Assembly: GCA_016871815.1 (NCBI GenBank)
Contig: VHBT01000001.1
Span: 11,925 to 75,924, forward strand
Source of the DNA: Candidatus Babelota bacterium
GTDB taxonomy: Bacteria; Babelota; Babeliae; Babelales; GCA-2401785
DNA length: 64,000 bases
Direction of reading: 5' to 3'
The position numbers were made by a program, and so were the translations under genes. Of the stretch, positions 46,882 to 57,204 are shown piece after piece; position 1 is the first letter of the stretch; each line of letters begins with the position of its first letter. The notes under the pieces were generated by a model. The model saw only the letters and a list, made by a program, of their open reading frames with translations. It was not told the DNA's origin and searched no databases.

Positions 46882-48591
46882 TCAAATCTTAAGCGAAGGT
46901 AATGGCGGCAATGAAGTACTTGCTAATTCTTTTTTAGGTTGCGTTTGTTCAATTTTTTTATCACCACCAAGAGTCAACTCAGGCAAAACAGAACCAGCCT
47001 TATTTTGTTTTTTATCATCAACAATAATTGGAGGAAGCGGCGCCAATACAGGCACCTCATTTTTTATTTCAGGAAGTGGAGGCAATCCGAGTGATTCATT
47101 TTTTGGCGTAAGTTCTTTTTGCGCCACAACAGGAAGAGTCAAATCAATTGCACCTGGCGCAACAACTGTATTTGATGGATTTGAGGAAGCAACCGAAGCA
47201 ACACCAGAACCAGGGATATCTGGCGCTGGCATTGTTGCAGTTTTTTCGGGAAGAGCCTCAGATGGTGAAGATTTAAACAAATTTTTAACAAACTGATACA
47301 CCGCTCCGGCCATATTTTTTGCACTTTGAAAAAAAGTTATCGACGAATCCTTGAGCTCTCCTCGAGACTTAGTCAATTCAGCAGACTCTGGACCATTCCC
47401 CATCACCTTGTGATACGCGGCAACAGTCATGCCAAGAGCCATTCCAGCTCCTTGTTTTAATGCACCAAAAACACGGTATGCCATATTTTCATTTTTATCC
47501 TTATCAGAATCCTCTCCATCATTATTCTTTTTTGCTTCGTCGTTTTTATCTTGCTTAGATCCCTGCGCTGAAGGCATAACAACAAGTCCATTCTGTTGAA
47601 TGAAATAATTAATTAAGCCATTAGCATCACCAATTAACGAAAGTTCTTTTTTTATTTTCTCATGAGCTGCTTCAACAGTTTTTTTGTCCACCAATATTTT
47701 CTCAAGCAAACCTTTTAAACTATTTAATGATTTTTTTATTTCATCCGCTTCTTTTGATGATCCTGTTAATGTCGCTTTTGACTTTGAAAGAAGTTCATTG
47801 ATCATTGCAATTTCTTTTTCTCCATCAGAAGCTTGAACGACAATATCATTTTTTAAAGATGAAGCCTTAGCGTAATTTTCAGAAAACTCTGCTTTTTTAC
47901 GCTTAAAATCTACAATTTTTTGACGCACAGCATCCTCTGCTGATGTTAATTCCCCTTGCTGCAACTTTAATGAAGCGGCCTGCGGATCTAATGATTTTAA
48001 AACTTCCTGCAAAGCAAACGCACTCTCTTTTACCAAAGCCCTTTTTTTATCAGCTGCATCGCCGGCAATCTTCACAATCCCATCCGAAAATCCTGGTGAT
48101 GAAAGAAACTCTGAAAGCTCAACCGCCTTTACCGAAGAAGCCCCAAGCACAATCGATAGTTCATTTAACGCTACGTTTATTTGCTTTTCTACAGAGCCAT
48201 GTACTTCTTCCAACTCTTTTTCAAGAGAAGAAAAACTGCTAGAAACTTTATCAATATCAAATAACAAGCCAACAATTTTATCTAAATTAATTGATCGCTT
48301 TTCTGTTGTCTTTACTGAATCTTTAAGATTCGATCCATCAACATTTTTTTGATCTAACATAATTGGTGCCTGTTTATTTTTTACCCCGTCAGAAGGTTTT
48401 GCCGAAACCGGGGGCAACGATGCCGAAGGTGATTTAGTCGAGGGAGATTGAACAGGAGGGGGCAACATACTCGCCGACGAATTTTTTGCTAAAATATCAT
48501 CCAGTGATGGTAATGACGGCAATTCATCTGCAGGTCGAACTGCCTGTAAAAAAAAGAGACAAATTAAAAGAACCCATACATTTTTTTTCAT
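46882..48591 (-). CDS. Hypothetical exported coiled-coil protein with LPSLP-type proline motifs
   Basis: 569 aa. Signal peptide (VWVLLICLFFLQAVRPA) followed by ELPSLPSLDD. P/S-rich stretch, long K/E/L/S-rich helical region, acidic KDKNDEAKKNNDGEDSDKDKNE patch, and C-terminal LPPLPEI, LAPLPPI and SLPPLPSLKI. Confidence 0.65.
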   Translation of the reverse strand: MKKNVWVLLICLFFLQAVRPADELPSLPSLDDILAKNSSASMLPPPVQSPSTKSPSASLPPVSAKPSDGVKNKQAPIMLDQKNVDGSNLKDSVKTTEKRSINLDKIVGLLFDIDKVSSSFSSLEKELEEVHGSVEKQINVALNELSIVLGASSVKAVELSEFLSSPGFSDGIVKIAGDAADKKRALVKESAFALQEVLKSLDPQAASLKLQQGELTSAEDAVRQKIVDFKRKKAEFSENYAKASSLKNDIVVQASDGEKEIAMINELLSKSKATLTGSSKEADEIKKSLNSLKGLLEKILVDKKTVEAAHEKIKKELSLIGDANGLINYFIQQNGLVVMPSAQGSKQDKNDEAKKNNDGEDSDKDKNENMAYRVFGALKQGAGMALGMTVAAYHKVMGNGPESAELTKSRGELKDSSITFFQSAKNMAGAVYQFVKNLFKSSPSEALPEKTATMPAPDIPGSGVASVASSNPSNTVVAPGAIDLTLPVVAQKELTPKNESLGLPPLPEIKNEVPVLAPLPPIIVDDKKQNKAGSVLPELTLGGDKKIEQTQPKKELASTSLPPLPSLKI

Positions 48592-48686
48592 AAAAAACCC
48601 CCAAAGAAATAAATTTACTTGGGGTATTAATACTCAAAAACAAATAAAACAAACAAGAAAGCCTCAATCAAGCAGGCAAGAAATTA

Positions 48687-49799
48687 CTAAAAAAGCCTTA
48701 TAAAGAAGCTAAAAAAACTTGCTAAAAAATCAAAAAACATAGCAACCAAAGACTTTTCTGACTCTTTTTTCTCCGTACCCTCAGCGCGATCTTGCGCTCG
48801 AGATTGCTCAGCCTTTTCGTCAGACTTCTCTGCCGGCTGCTCTTCCATTTTTTTATCTTGATCCTCAAGCCCTTTTTTTAATTCATCACACACGGTTTTA
48901 ATGCTCAAGACCACCTTGGAAACTTCGTCCATGCGATTTTTTCCAAGTCCAATCACTTTATCAATATCAGAAGCCAAATCTGTTTTTACAAATTTTAATA
49001 CCGCCTCTAAATAAGAATGTATTCCTTCAAGTCGATAATAAAGATCTCGCGCTTCTTCATGATTAACCATAGAAAAGATATCATTAATAATTTTCTGAGC
49101 TTCACCTGCCTTAGAACCAGCCTGCTGAATTATTTTCTGAAATTGTTCAATACGACTATCAATCGCCGATTCAATATCAGCAATCGCAGACAAATCAGAC
49201 TTCAACTGACTCTGAAGAAGAGCTGTATCATAATATTTTTGATAATTCTTACTCGAAGACAAACTTGCCTCTAATTTTTGACTAGCAAGCGTAGCTTTTG
49301 CTTTTGAACCCATTTCAAAATAAGGAGCCAAATCATCAAAAAGCGCCTCAATTTGTCCTTTGCCAAAACCTATTTTTGCATAAAAATCATCTGCTTCTTT
49401 GTCAAAACTAGCTCTTTTAGAATCATACTGCGGAGCACTAACGGCCTGAATATCAACCAAAAGAGCATTAATCTTTTCTTGTAGCTCCCGAGCCTTTAAA
49501 AGCCAATGTCTTTTTTTAAACCAACTTCCACGAGATTCTTTGCCATCCGTTGCCCCAGAATCTAAAACATTTTTTTTAGCAGGACCTGTAGTACCCAGGG
49601 CACCTTGGTTTGAAATAGGAGGTGGTAATGGCTTTGAAGAACTTTGAGTTACCGAAGGAATTGCAACATCCGGCAGAGGTGGAAGATCCGGCAAACTCGG
49701 CAAATCAGCAATCGGAGCAAAAGAACTCGTTACACAAAGAACAACCTGAATAAGAATAAAAAAAGAATAATTATTCATCATAATTCTCTCATGCAACAA
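48687..49799 (-). CDS. Hypothetical exported coiled-coil protein with LPSLP-type proline motifs and hydrophobic C-terminal tail
   Basis: 370 aa (start may be Met7 or Met8). Hydrophobic N-terminus then DLPSLPDLPPLPD, a helical core, a K/E-rich patch, and C-terminus LVAMFFDFLASFFSFFIRLF. Confidence 0.65.
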   Translation of the reverse strand: MLHERIMMNNYSFFILIQVVLCVTSSFAPIADLPSLPDLPPLPDVAIPSVTQSSSKPLPPPISNQGALGTTGPAKKNVLDSGATDGKESRGSWFKKRHWLLKARELQEKINALLVDIQAVSAPQYDSKRASFDKEADDFYAKIGFGKGQIEALFDDLAPYFEMGSKAKATLASQKLEASLSSSKNYQKYYDTALLQSQLKSDLSAIADIESAIDSRIEQFQKIIQQAGSKAGEAQKIINDIFSMVNHEEARDLYYRLEGIHSYLEAVLKFVKTDLASDIDKVIGLGKNRMDEVSKVVLSIKTVCDELKKGLEDQDKKMEEQPAEKSDEKAEQSRAQDRAEGTEKKESEKSLVAMFFDFLASFFSFFIRLF

Positions 49800-49817
49800 G
49801 CTCTATATCATTTATTA

Positions 49818-50279
49818 TTATAGGGTCCGGGCTAAGTCTTCAAGTTCTTTGAAGAGATACTGCAATAATTCTGCAGATTCGTTTGAAGTGTAGGACCACT
49901 TAATGCCCTCATCAATTTTTACCAAAATAGAACGATCTGACTTAATATCAATAACATCAATTCGAACAATATTCATAAGAGGATGAACAAGTGAAGGGGC
50001 TCTGATAACACCAGCACGACCCAAAATTGAATAACAAACGTTTCCGGCACCCATAATATTAATCATGACTTTTTTCTGCCAGACCATGTTTTTATACCCA
50101 ACGTGATCTTTATGAATACTCAACAATAAACTATCGTCACCTTTTTGATAGATACACTGAATGGGCGTTGTATGAGGCAAGCCCTTTTCAGAAAAAGTTG
50201 CCAAAACGCCAACAACTTCTTTTTTCTTCAATAAAACTGATAAATCTTCTGGCAACTTTACGCCAACATGTTTAGCCAT
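49818..50279 (-). CDS. Small cytoplasmic protein, possibly PNPOx-like/FMN-binding split-barrel fold (tentative)
   Basis: 153 aa. The pattern VVGVLATFSEKGLPHTTPI...LLLSI resembles pyridoxamine-phosphate-oxidase-like proteins. Weak, by eye only. Confidence 0.4.
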   Translation of the reverse strand: MAKHVGVKLPEDLSVLLKKKEVVGVLATFSEKGLPHTTPIQCIYQKGDDSLLLSIHKDHVGYKNMVWQKKVMINIMGAGNVCYSILGRAGVIRAPSLVHPLMNIVRIDVIDIKSDRSILVKIDEGIKWSYTSNESAELLQYLFKELEDLARTL

Positions 50280-50384
50280 AACCCTTTAACCCCTTAATAT
50301 ATTAAACAATTTTCTCTCAATGCCCACCCATCGGCGAGCACCCCACCCAAATTTTTTCGACATACCACAATTATGTCACGTAAA

Positions 50385-50885
50385 TTACGCTTTAATTGGA
50401 ACAGACAACTGAATAAAACGAACTACCGCTTGTTTGTCTGTCTCAATAGTTGATAGCGGCACTAAGCCTCCAGCAAATTTTACATGAACAGCTGTTTTCA
50501 TGGCTTCTTGCAAATCCCCTAACGGGGGCAAATTACCATCAAACAACTGTAAAGACTCAAGCAACTCTTCATCTGTTTTATTAATAAAAATAAAACTAAA
50601 TCGCTTGTGACAATACCATTTTAATATACGTGTCAAGTCCTCATAAAACCGCTTTATATCAGCATGCTTTTCACCTGAAGGCAGATTTAACAAACCCAAT
50701 CGATCCAAAGCAACGACCCAGCAAGGCTTTCTCGACTCTTTGTATCGAACATAGGCCCGATACGCTAAGACGAGGGTAACTCCCATCATAAAAAAAATAA
50801 GGGCAAAAATAAATACAAAATATTTTTCAAAAAACGTTGGCACAACAACACAATCATACAATTCAGGGATCTGCAAATTAATCAC
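50385..50885 (-). CDS. Small membrane protein, DUF4381-like (tentative)
   Basis: 166 aa. One N-terminal TM (FVFIFALIFFMMGVTLVLAY) followed by W..AL..L and FAG-containing segments, as in small proteins that follow DUF58 genes. 4-nt overlap with the upstream gene. Confidence 0.5.
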   Translation of the reverse strand: MINLQIPELYDCVVVPTFFEKYFVFIFALIFFMMGVTLVLAYRAYVRYKESRKPCWVVALDRLGLLNLPSGEKHADIKRFYEDLTRILKWYCHKRFSFIFINKTDEELLESLQLFDGNLPPLGDLQEAMKTAVHVKFAGGLVPLSTIETDKQAVVRFIQLSVPIKA

Positions 50886-51757
50886 ACCTGCCTCCTTGTA
50901 CGCTCTTTAAAAAATCTTGATAGCTCAGAAAGAACCGGAACCGTGACATCAAAAGAATGGTAATCTATCCCTTTTTTTCTAAAAAAATCTATTTTTCGCT
51001 TCAAGCTTATTTGAGCATTTTTTCTTGCTGCAGCACCCCGGGTGTCAATTTCTAACATTTTTCCCGTTTCAACATCCTGCATACAAATAATCCCAAGCTC
51101 GGGAAAAGAAGCCTCGCAAGGATCAAAAACAGAAAAAGCCGTTAAATCGTAACTTTTGACCAAAGATGAAACCCCTGCCAGTTGGGGCAATTTCTCATCC
51201 AAAAAATCAGAAATCACGAACAAAAAAACATTTTTCTTGTTTTTTTGCTTCATCAAAAAAGAAACCAGATTTTCAAACGATGTTCCACGAGTCTTGTCAG
51301 CGCTGACTCGGGAAATTTCATCAATAACTCGAGAAAATTGCCCTTGCCCACGAGCAGGAGGAATCCAAACATCGACATTCGATGAAAAAAGTATAGCCCC
51401 AAATCTATCATGCGAATTAAGGGCGATCGAGCCAAGAGCTCCAGCAATTAATGATGCAACCTCATACTTTAATTGGGATGATGAAGAATAAAACATCGAG
51501 GAAGACGAATCTAAAGCAACTATAATCGTACGATCTCGCTCTTGCACAAACGTTTTGACCATTGTTTCATCTGTGCGAGCAGTTGCCTTCCAGTCAATCG
51601 ATCGCACATCATCACCCGGAACATACGCCCGAAGCTGGTCAAACTCTATTCCAACACCCTTGAAAGCTGATGCATAATCCCCAATCAAAGAACTTTTGCT
51701 TATTTTTCTGCTCACAATTTGAAGTTTTTTTAACTGCGCATACACAGAAGTATCCAT
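50882..51757 (-). CDS. DUF58 family protein (degenerate vWA, usually MoxR-associated)
   Basis: 291 aa. The motif LRAYVPGDDVRSIDWKATART is characteristic of DUF58. Confidence 0.75.
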   Translation of the reverse strand: MDTSVYAQLKKLQIVSRKISKSSLIGDYASAFKGVGIEFDQLRAYVPGDDVRSIDWKATARTDETMVKTFVQERDRTIIVALDSSSSMFYSSSSQLKYEVASLIAGALGSIALNSHDRFGAILFSSNVDVWIPPARGQGQFSRVIDEISRVSADKTRGTSFENLVSFLMKQKNKKNVFLFVISDFLDEKLPQLAGVSSLVKSYDLTAFSVFDPCEASFPELGIICMQDVETGKMLEIDTRGAAARKNAQISLKRKIDFFRKKGIDYHSFDVTVPVLSELSRFFKERTRRQV

Positions 51758-51791
51758 AACGACCTCCCTTAGGCTCTTTCAAAGCCCTGCA

Positions 51792-53033
51792 TTACCACAA
51801 TGCGTTCATCTCGTCCTGTAAAACTTTTGGCAATTTAACAGATCCATCTTCTTGTTGGTAGCATTCCATTAAGGCAACCATCAATCGAGGCAAAGCCAAC
51901 GAAGATGCATTCAAAGTATGTGCAAGCGAAGGCTTTCCACCTTTTTCTGGGCGATATCGAATTTCTGCTCTTCTTGCCTGAAAATCAGTGCAATTACTGC
52001 AAGAAGAAACCTCATAATATCTATTTTGACCAGGCAGCCAAACTTCGATGTCGTAGGTTTTTGCTGACGCATAGGAACAATCCTGCCCCGCAAGCAACGA
52101 AACCTGATAGTGCAAGCCAAGCATTTTTAATAAATTCTCAGCACACTCAACCATACGCTCAAGCTCTGCGGCAGACGATTCTTGCTCACAAATGGAATAC
52201 AGCTCTACTTTCTCAAACTGATGAATGCGAATTAAGCCTCGCTCGAGCGAGCCATACCCACCCGCCTCTCGCCTAAAGCAACTCGTCCAAGCGGTCATTC
52301 GCACTGGAAGCTCTTCTTTTTCAAAAATTCTTCCCGCATGCAAATTAGTCAAGGGAACTTCTGCGGTTGGAATTGGATACAAGCCATCAGCTTCGATTTG
52401 ATAAAAATCACCTTCAAATTTTGGCAAGCTACTTGCATTAACTAATGACTTACGATTCACCATGGTTGGAGGAATAATTGGCTGAAAACCATATTGCGCA
52501 TTATTTCTCAACATGATTCGAGTTAATGCATAAATAACCTTAACACCATCGCCTTTGTAGCATGGAAATTGCGCTCCCGCCATCTGTGTGCCTGCTTCAA
52601 AATCAAACCAACCAAGTTTTTGATTGAGCTCCATATGATTTTTGAATTGATATGCAAATTCTGGCTTAACACCAAATGAGCGAACTGCCAAGTTGCTTTC
52701 TTTGCCGCCTTCTGGCAACCCATCCATTGGAATATTTGGTACAAATAATAACGCATGCTGAAATCGAGATTCAATTTCAGAAAGCTCTAACTCTTTTTCT
52801 TTCAATTTTCTACCAAGCTCAATTGATCGAGTACGATTTTCTTCTGAAAGACCTTTTGATGCCAATGAAGCTAAATCATTTTTTTCTTTGCGCATGGATT
52901 CAACAACAACACGAATCTCACGAACCTGTGCATCAAGCACCAACAAACCATCGATATCAACTGATGGTTCTTTTTTTTTCAAAAGCTCTCCAATTCGAGC
53001 AGCATCTTTTCTCAACAACGCAATATCAATCAT
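51792..53033 (-). CDS. serS: Seryl-tRNA synthetase
   Basis: 413 aa. N-terminal coiled-coil arm (MIDIALLRKD...) and class II motifs including TAEVPLTN, CFRREAG and HTLNASSLALPR. Confidence 0.95.
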   Translation of the reverse strand: MIDIALLRKDAARIGELLKKKEPSVDIDGLLVLDAQVREIRVVVESMRKEKNDLASLASKGLSEENRTRSIELGRKLKEKELELSEIESRFQHALLFVPNIPMDGLPEGGKESNLAVRSFGVKPEFAYQFKNHMELNQKLGWFDFEAGTQMAGAQFPCYKGDGVKVIYALTRIMLRNNAQYGFQPIIPPTMVNRKSLVNASSLPKFEGDFYQIEADGLYPIPTAEVPLTNLHAGRIFEKEELPVRMTAWTSCFRREAGGYGSLERGLIRIHQFEKVELYSICEQESSAAELERMVECAENLLKMLGLHYQVSLLAGQDCSYASAKTYDIEVWLPGQNRYYEVSSCSNCTDFQARRAEIRYRPEKGGKPSLAHTLNASSLALPRLMVALMECYQQEDGSVKLPKVLQDEMNALW

Positions 53034-53155
53034 GACTTTTATCCTTCACAGAAAAAAATTAATTATGAAAAAGAGCATAAAATACTTTACATAAAACCAC
53101 AAACAATGCATACCATGCTCTTGATATTTTGCACGATTGGATAAGGGTGTCTCAG

Positions 53156-54559
53156 ATGATTAATCCAACAATATTTAGAAAATATGATATTCGTGGTGTA
53201 GTAAACACAGATTTTAAACCCGAAGATGCAGCTCTCATCGCACTCGGAATTATTAATTATGCAAAAGAATTAGACATCACACTCAAGACGCTTGTTGTTG
53301 GCCGAGACGCTCGAACTCACTCTGCAGAAATATTTAAACACTTTACCACTACCTGCAGAAATCATGGAATAACAATTATTGATATTGGTATCGTTACAAC
53401 ACCAATTCTTTATTTCACCCTACATACAACTCCCTACGCTCACGGAGTAATGATCACGGCTTCACACAATCCAAGCGAATACAATGGATTTAAAATTTGT
53501 TTCAATAAAAAAAGTCTTCACGGTCCTGCCATCGAGCGAATCAAAGATTTAATCGAAATTAAAGAATCACAACCCCTGGTAACAGCAGGAAATCTTATAT
53601 CCTACGATGCACTCTCTTACTATATCGACAGCCTTGCTTCCGACTTTGCTCATTTAAGTAATTACACGTCTGCACTTATTTTTGATTGCAACAGTGGGCC
53701 TGCAAGCCTAGTCATTCCAAGATTAATAAAAAAACTTCAATGGAAAAATGCTTCAACGATTCACGACACCCTTGATGGTAATTTTCCACATCAAAAACCA
53801 GACCCTACCGTAGAAAAAAACGGTCAAATCTTAAAAAGCCACATACACGCAGCAGCATCACCCACCATCGGAATAGGATTTGACGGCGATGCCGATCGAA
53901 TGGCTTCGCGCACCGAAAATGGAGATCTTATTTCAGGTGATATCTTACTTGCGCTTCTTGCAAAAAACGTTCTTTCACACTTTCCAAATGCACGAATTGT
54001 TTTTGACATAAAAAGTAGCTCCGCTCTTCACAAAACAATTATTGCTCACTCTGGGACTCCAATCATGGCTCCAACAGGCCACTCAAACATCAAGTCGTGC
54101 ATGGCGCAAAACCGAGCACTTCTTGGGGGAGAACTGAGCGGACACTACTTTTTTGCAGACAAATCATATGGGTACGATGATGGCATTTATGCAGCTTTAC
54201 GATTGATCGAATTGCTTCACGAGTCACAATTTAATCTTCTTGAATTGGTAAACCAAATTCCTACAAATAATTGCACCCCAGAATTCAGGCTTCCATGCAA
54301 CGAAGAAGATAAAGAAAAAATCATCTCTCACGTTGCTTCTTTTTTTGAAAAAGACAAAAGCACAAAAATCACAACGATTGATGGAGTGAGAGTTGAAACT
54401 CATGACAGTTGGGGACTGGTACGCGCTTCAAACACCGAACCGATGATTTCTTTACGATTTGAAGGAGACTGCAAATCGTCGCTAGAAAATATAAAAAAAA
54501 GTATGCAAGAAGCATTATCGCCCCTTATGCCTGCCGAGATACTCAACGAGTTGCGCTAA
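53156..54559 (+). CDS. Phosphomannomutase/phosphoglucomutase (alpha-D-phosphohexomutase family)
   Basis: Active-site TASHNPSEYNGFK, metal loop GFDGDADR, sugar loop GGELSGHYFF. ATG 53156 (MINPTIFRKYDIRG) is preferred over the upstream TTG at 53129. Confidence 0.9.
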   Translation: MINPTIFRKYDIRGVVNTDFKPEDAALIALGIINYAKELDITLKTLVVGRDARTHSAEIFKHFTTTCRNHGITIIDIGIVTTPILYFTLHTTPYAHGVMITASHNPSEYNGFKICFNKKSLHGPAIERIKDLIEIKESQPLVTAGNLISYDALSYYIDSLASDFAHLSNYTSALIFDCNSGPASLVIPRLIKKLQWKNASTIHDTLDGNFPHQKPDPTVEKNGQILKSHIHAAASPTIGIGFDGDADRMASRTENGDLISGDILLALLAKNVLSHFPNARIVFDIKSSSALHKTIIAHSGTPIMAPTGHSNIKSCMAQNRALLGGELSGHYFFADKSYGYDDGIYAALRLIELLHESQFNLLELVNQIPTNNCTPEFRLPCNEEDKEKIISHVASFFEKDKSTKITTIDGVRVETHDSWGLVRASNTEPMISLRFEGDCKSSLENIKKSMQEALSPLMPAEILNELR

Positions 54560-54611
54560 ACATCTTCTTGAAAAATGATACACTAACCAAATAACAATTT
54601 TTTTTAGCGTA

Positions 54612-57044
54612 TTGTTTTTTACTGTGAACACACCATCTTCATTTTCTCTGGACCACCTAAACCCTGAACAACAACAAGCTGTTGTAAAAACATCGGGCGC
54701 ACTCCTAGTTATTGCTGGTGCTGGAAGCGGAAAAACGCGCGTAATTACATCTCGAATTGCGTATTTAATATCAGAATGCAATGTTCCCCCCCAATCAATT
54801 GTCGCTTTAACATTTACCAATAAAGCTGCAAAAGAAATGAAAGAACGGATAACAAAGCTTATTTCATCAGAATCAACTCTTCCCTTTGTTGGAACGTTTC
54901 ACTCGTATTGCCTTTTATTACTCAGAAAATACAAAGCTTTCACCGGTGTTGAAACATTTACAATTATCGACTCAGAAGATCAAAAAGCTCTTCTGAAAAG
55001 AATTTTAGAAAAATTTGGACTAGAAAAACAAATCGCCACAAACCAAATTCAACACGCAATTAGCTGTTTAAAAAATCAAATGCACAAGCAATTACTTGGT
55101 TACGGAAAACAACAAATCATCGAGCAAGTAAATCATGAATACGAACGCGAAAAAAAAGCTGGAAACCTTCTCGATTTTGATGACTTAATTGTTAAAGTGC
55201 TAGAACTATTCAAAACAAACTCACACTTCAAAGAAGAGTTCCAGCGCAAGGTAAAGCATGTACTGATCGATGAATATCAAGATACAAATTCAATGCAGCA
55301 TACACTGTTAAAAGAAATGACCCTTTCATCACCTGGTGTTATTTCAGCACACTCGATCTGTGCTGTTGGCGATGAAGACCAGTCAATTTACTCTTGGCGC
55401 GGAGCGCAAGTTGAAAACATTCGTTCATTCAAAAACGATTTCGCACCAGTAGAAACTATTAAAATCGAACAAAATTATCGATCAGCAGAACCAATCCTAA
55501 AGGCAGCTAACCACGTAATCGCACATAACAGAAATCGAACACCAAAAGAACTTTGGTCTGACAAAAAAGCTCACAAGCGAATCCTTGTCGCAACATGCTC
55601 AAATGGATATCAAGAAGCAGATATCATCGCACAAGCACTCACGAGTCTTCCACCTTCAATATCCTTAGGCCAATGCGCAATTTTATATCGCACTCACGCT
55701 CAAACGCGGGTTTTTGAAGAAATTTTTATGCGCTCAGGAATCGCATATGCGATCATCGGCGGTATTCGATTTTATGAACGAAAAGAAATCAAAGATATTT
55801 TGGCATTTTTACGTCTTATTCAAAATCCACACGACAAAATTTCATTGCTTCGTATTCTGAATGTCCCACAACGCGGACTTGGAGAAAAAGTTGAAACAAT
55901 ATTAATTGAAGAATGGGATAAATATACACATTTTACCTTCACTCAATTACTGGAACACCTCATCACGCAATCAGGCCTACTTGGTCTTTCGCGCAGCCAC
56001 ACAAACGGACTATCTGAGCTTAAAAAAATTTTTATAAACCTCACGCCATCTCGATCGATTAGTGAATTGTACGAAATAATTTTATCAGATTCTGCCTACA
56101 TACAATATTTGGCTAAAGAATATGAACAAGAAGAATTTAGAAGCAAATCAGAAAATCTTCGTGAGCTTTTTCAATCCATTTCTTTTTTTGAAAAACAATT
56201 TAATGAAAATAAAACAAAAGAATCTTCAGAAACAGCCCTTGCGGCATTTTTAAATGAAATAGCCCTGCTTCAAGAAAAAATAGAAGATGATTCTGGCGAG
56301 CAAAAAATGGTAAAACTCATGACTCTGCATAGCGCAAAAGGTTTAGAATTTGACTTTGTTGTTATAGCTGGACTTGAAGAAACAATCCTGCCGAGTAGTA
56401 AATCACTTGAATCACGAGAAGATATCGAAGAAGAACGACGGCTTTTTTATGTGGGAATAACTCGTGCCAGAGAATATTTATTGATAACAAGAGCTCTTGC
56501 GAGAAGTACTTATGGGCAAAAAAACGCTCAAGATGCTTCACGCTTCTTGGGAGAACTTCCAGAAAAAGAAATTATTCACATCGATGCTTCCAGCATGTTT
56601 CCATCACAAATCAATAGCACTCTGCGCTCTTGGCTCGAAAACACATATTCTAACCAAAAATCATCATATCAAACGATTTTTGCCCCTGACATCCAACCCC
56701 ATTTCGCACAAGCAAATCAACGAGGAAGCATTCAGCAATACGTTCATCCCCACTCCAAAAAGCCCTCTTTTCAAAAGATAACTCTTGAAAAACTAGCCCC
56801 CAAAAATGGCTTCCCTTCAACAAAAATGCTGTCCTCTGGAAATATTGCAAAACCTCAAAATCTTACCCCTTCTAATTCAATTCCCCCAGAATGGCAAAAA
56901 AACAGCCGCGTTTTCCACCCCATTTTTGGATCTGGAATTGTACTTTCAAGCTCACTGAAAGCTGAAAATAAGTATCTTGTTACGGTTGCTTTTCCCGAAG
57001 GAGAAAAAACCATTCTTTCAACTTTTTTACAGCCATATGAATAA
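54612..57044 (+). CDS. UvrD/PcrA/Rep-type superfamily 1 DNA helicase
   Basis: 810 aa. AGAGSGKT, TFTNKAAKEM, DEYQDTN, QNYRS, TLHSAKGLEFD, VGITRA. C-terminal VFHPIFGSGIVL resembles a Tudor-like tail. Start is TTG 54612 or GTG 54624; no ATG is available. Confidence 0.93.
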   Translation: MFFTVNTPSSFSLDHLNPEQQQAVVKTSGALLVIAGAGSGKTRVITSRIAYLISECNVPPQSIVALTFTNKAAKEMKERITKLISSESTLPFVGTFHSYCLLLLRKYKAFTGVETFTIIDSEDQKALLKRILEKFGLEKQIATNQIQHAISCLKNQMHKQLLGYGKQQIIEQVNHEYEREKKAGNLLDFDDLIVKVLELFKTNSHFKEEFQRKVKHVLIDEYQDTNSMQHTLLKEMTLSSPGVISAHSICAVGDEDQSIYSWRGAQVENIRSFKNDFAPVETIKIEQNYRSAEPILKAANHVIAHNRNRTPKELWSDKKAHKRILVATCSNGYQEADIIAQALTSLPPSISLGQCAILYRTHAQTRVFEEIFMRSGIAYAIIGGIRFYERKEIKDILAFLRLIQNPHDKISLLRILNVPQRGLGEKVETILIEEWDKYTHFTFTQLLEHLITQSGLLGLSRSHTNGLSELKKIFINLTPSRSISELYEIILSDSAYIQYLAKEYEQEEFRSKSENLRELFQSISFFEKQFNENKTKESSETALAAFLNEIALLQEKIEDDSGEQKMVKLMTLHSAKGLEFDFVVIAGLEETILPSSKSLESREDIEEERRLFYVGITRAREYLLITRALARSTYGQKNAQDASRFLGELPEKEIIHIDASSMFPSQINSTLRSWLENTYSNQKSSYQTIFAPDIQPHFAQANQRGSIQQYVHPHSKKPSFQKITLEKLAPKNGFPSTKMLSSGNIAKPQNLTPSNSIPPEWQKNSRVFHPIFGSGIVLSSSLKAENKYLVTVAFPEGEKTILSTFLQPYE

Positions 57045-57204
57045 CAATTGGTTTTTCAGCCTGAAACAATACAGGTTGTTTTTTCAAAAATCACTATAGT
57101 TTGAGCCCTAAAAACAACCCATTACCACAAAAACCATATTTCATTCATCCTAAAATCATTACTGCGTTTCACGATGCTAGGCAAAACCCAAAAATTAAAT
57201 TGAT

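Noticed and set aside
54515-54820. 101-aa minus-strand ORF spanning the PMM/helicase junction
   Set aside because: It overlaps the conserved 3' end of the phosphohexomutase gene and the Walker A region of the helicase gene, so it is a shadow ORF.
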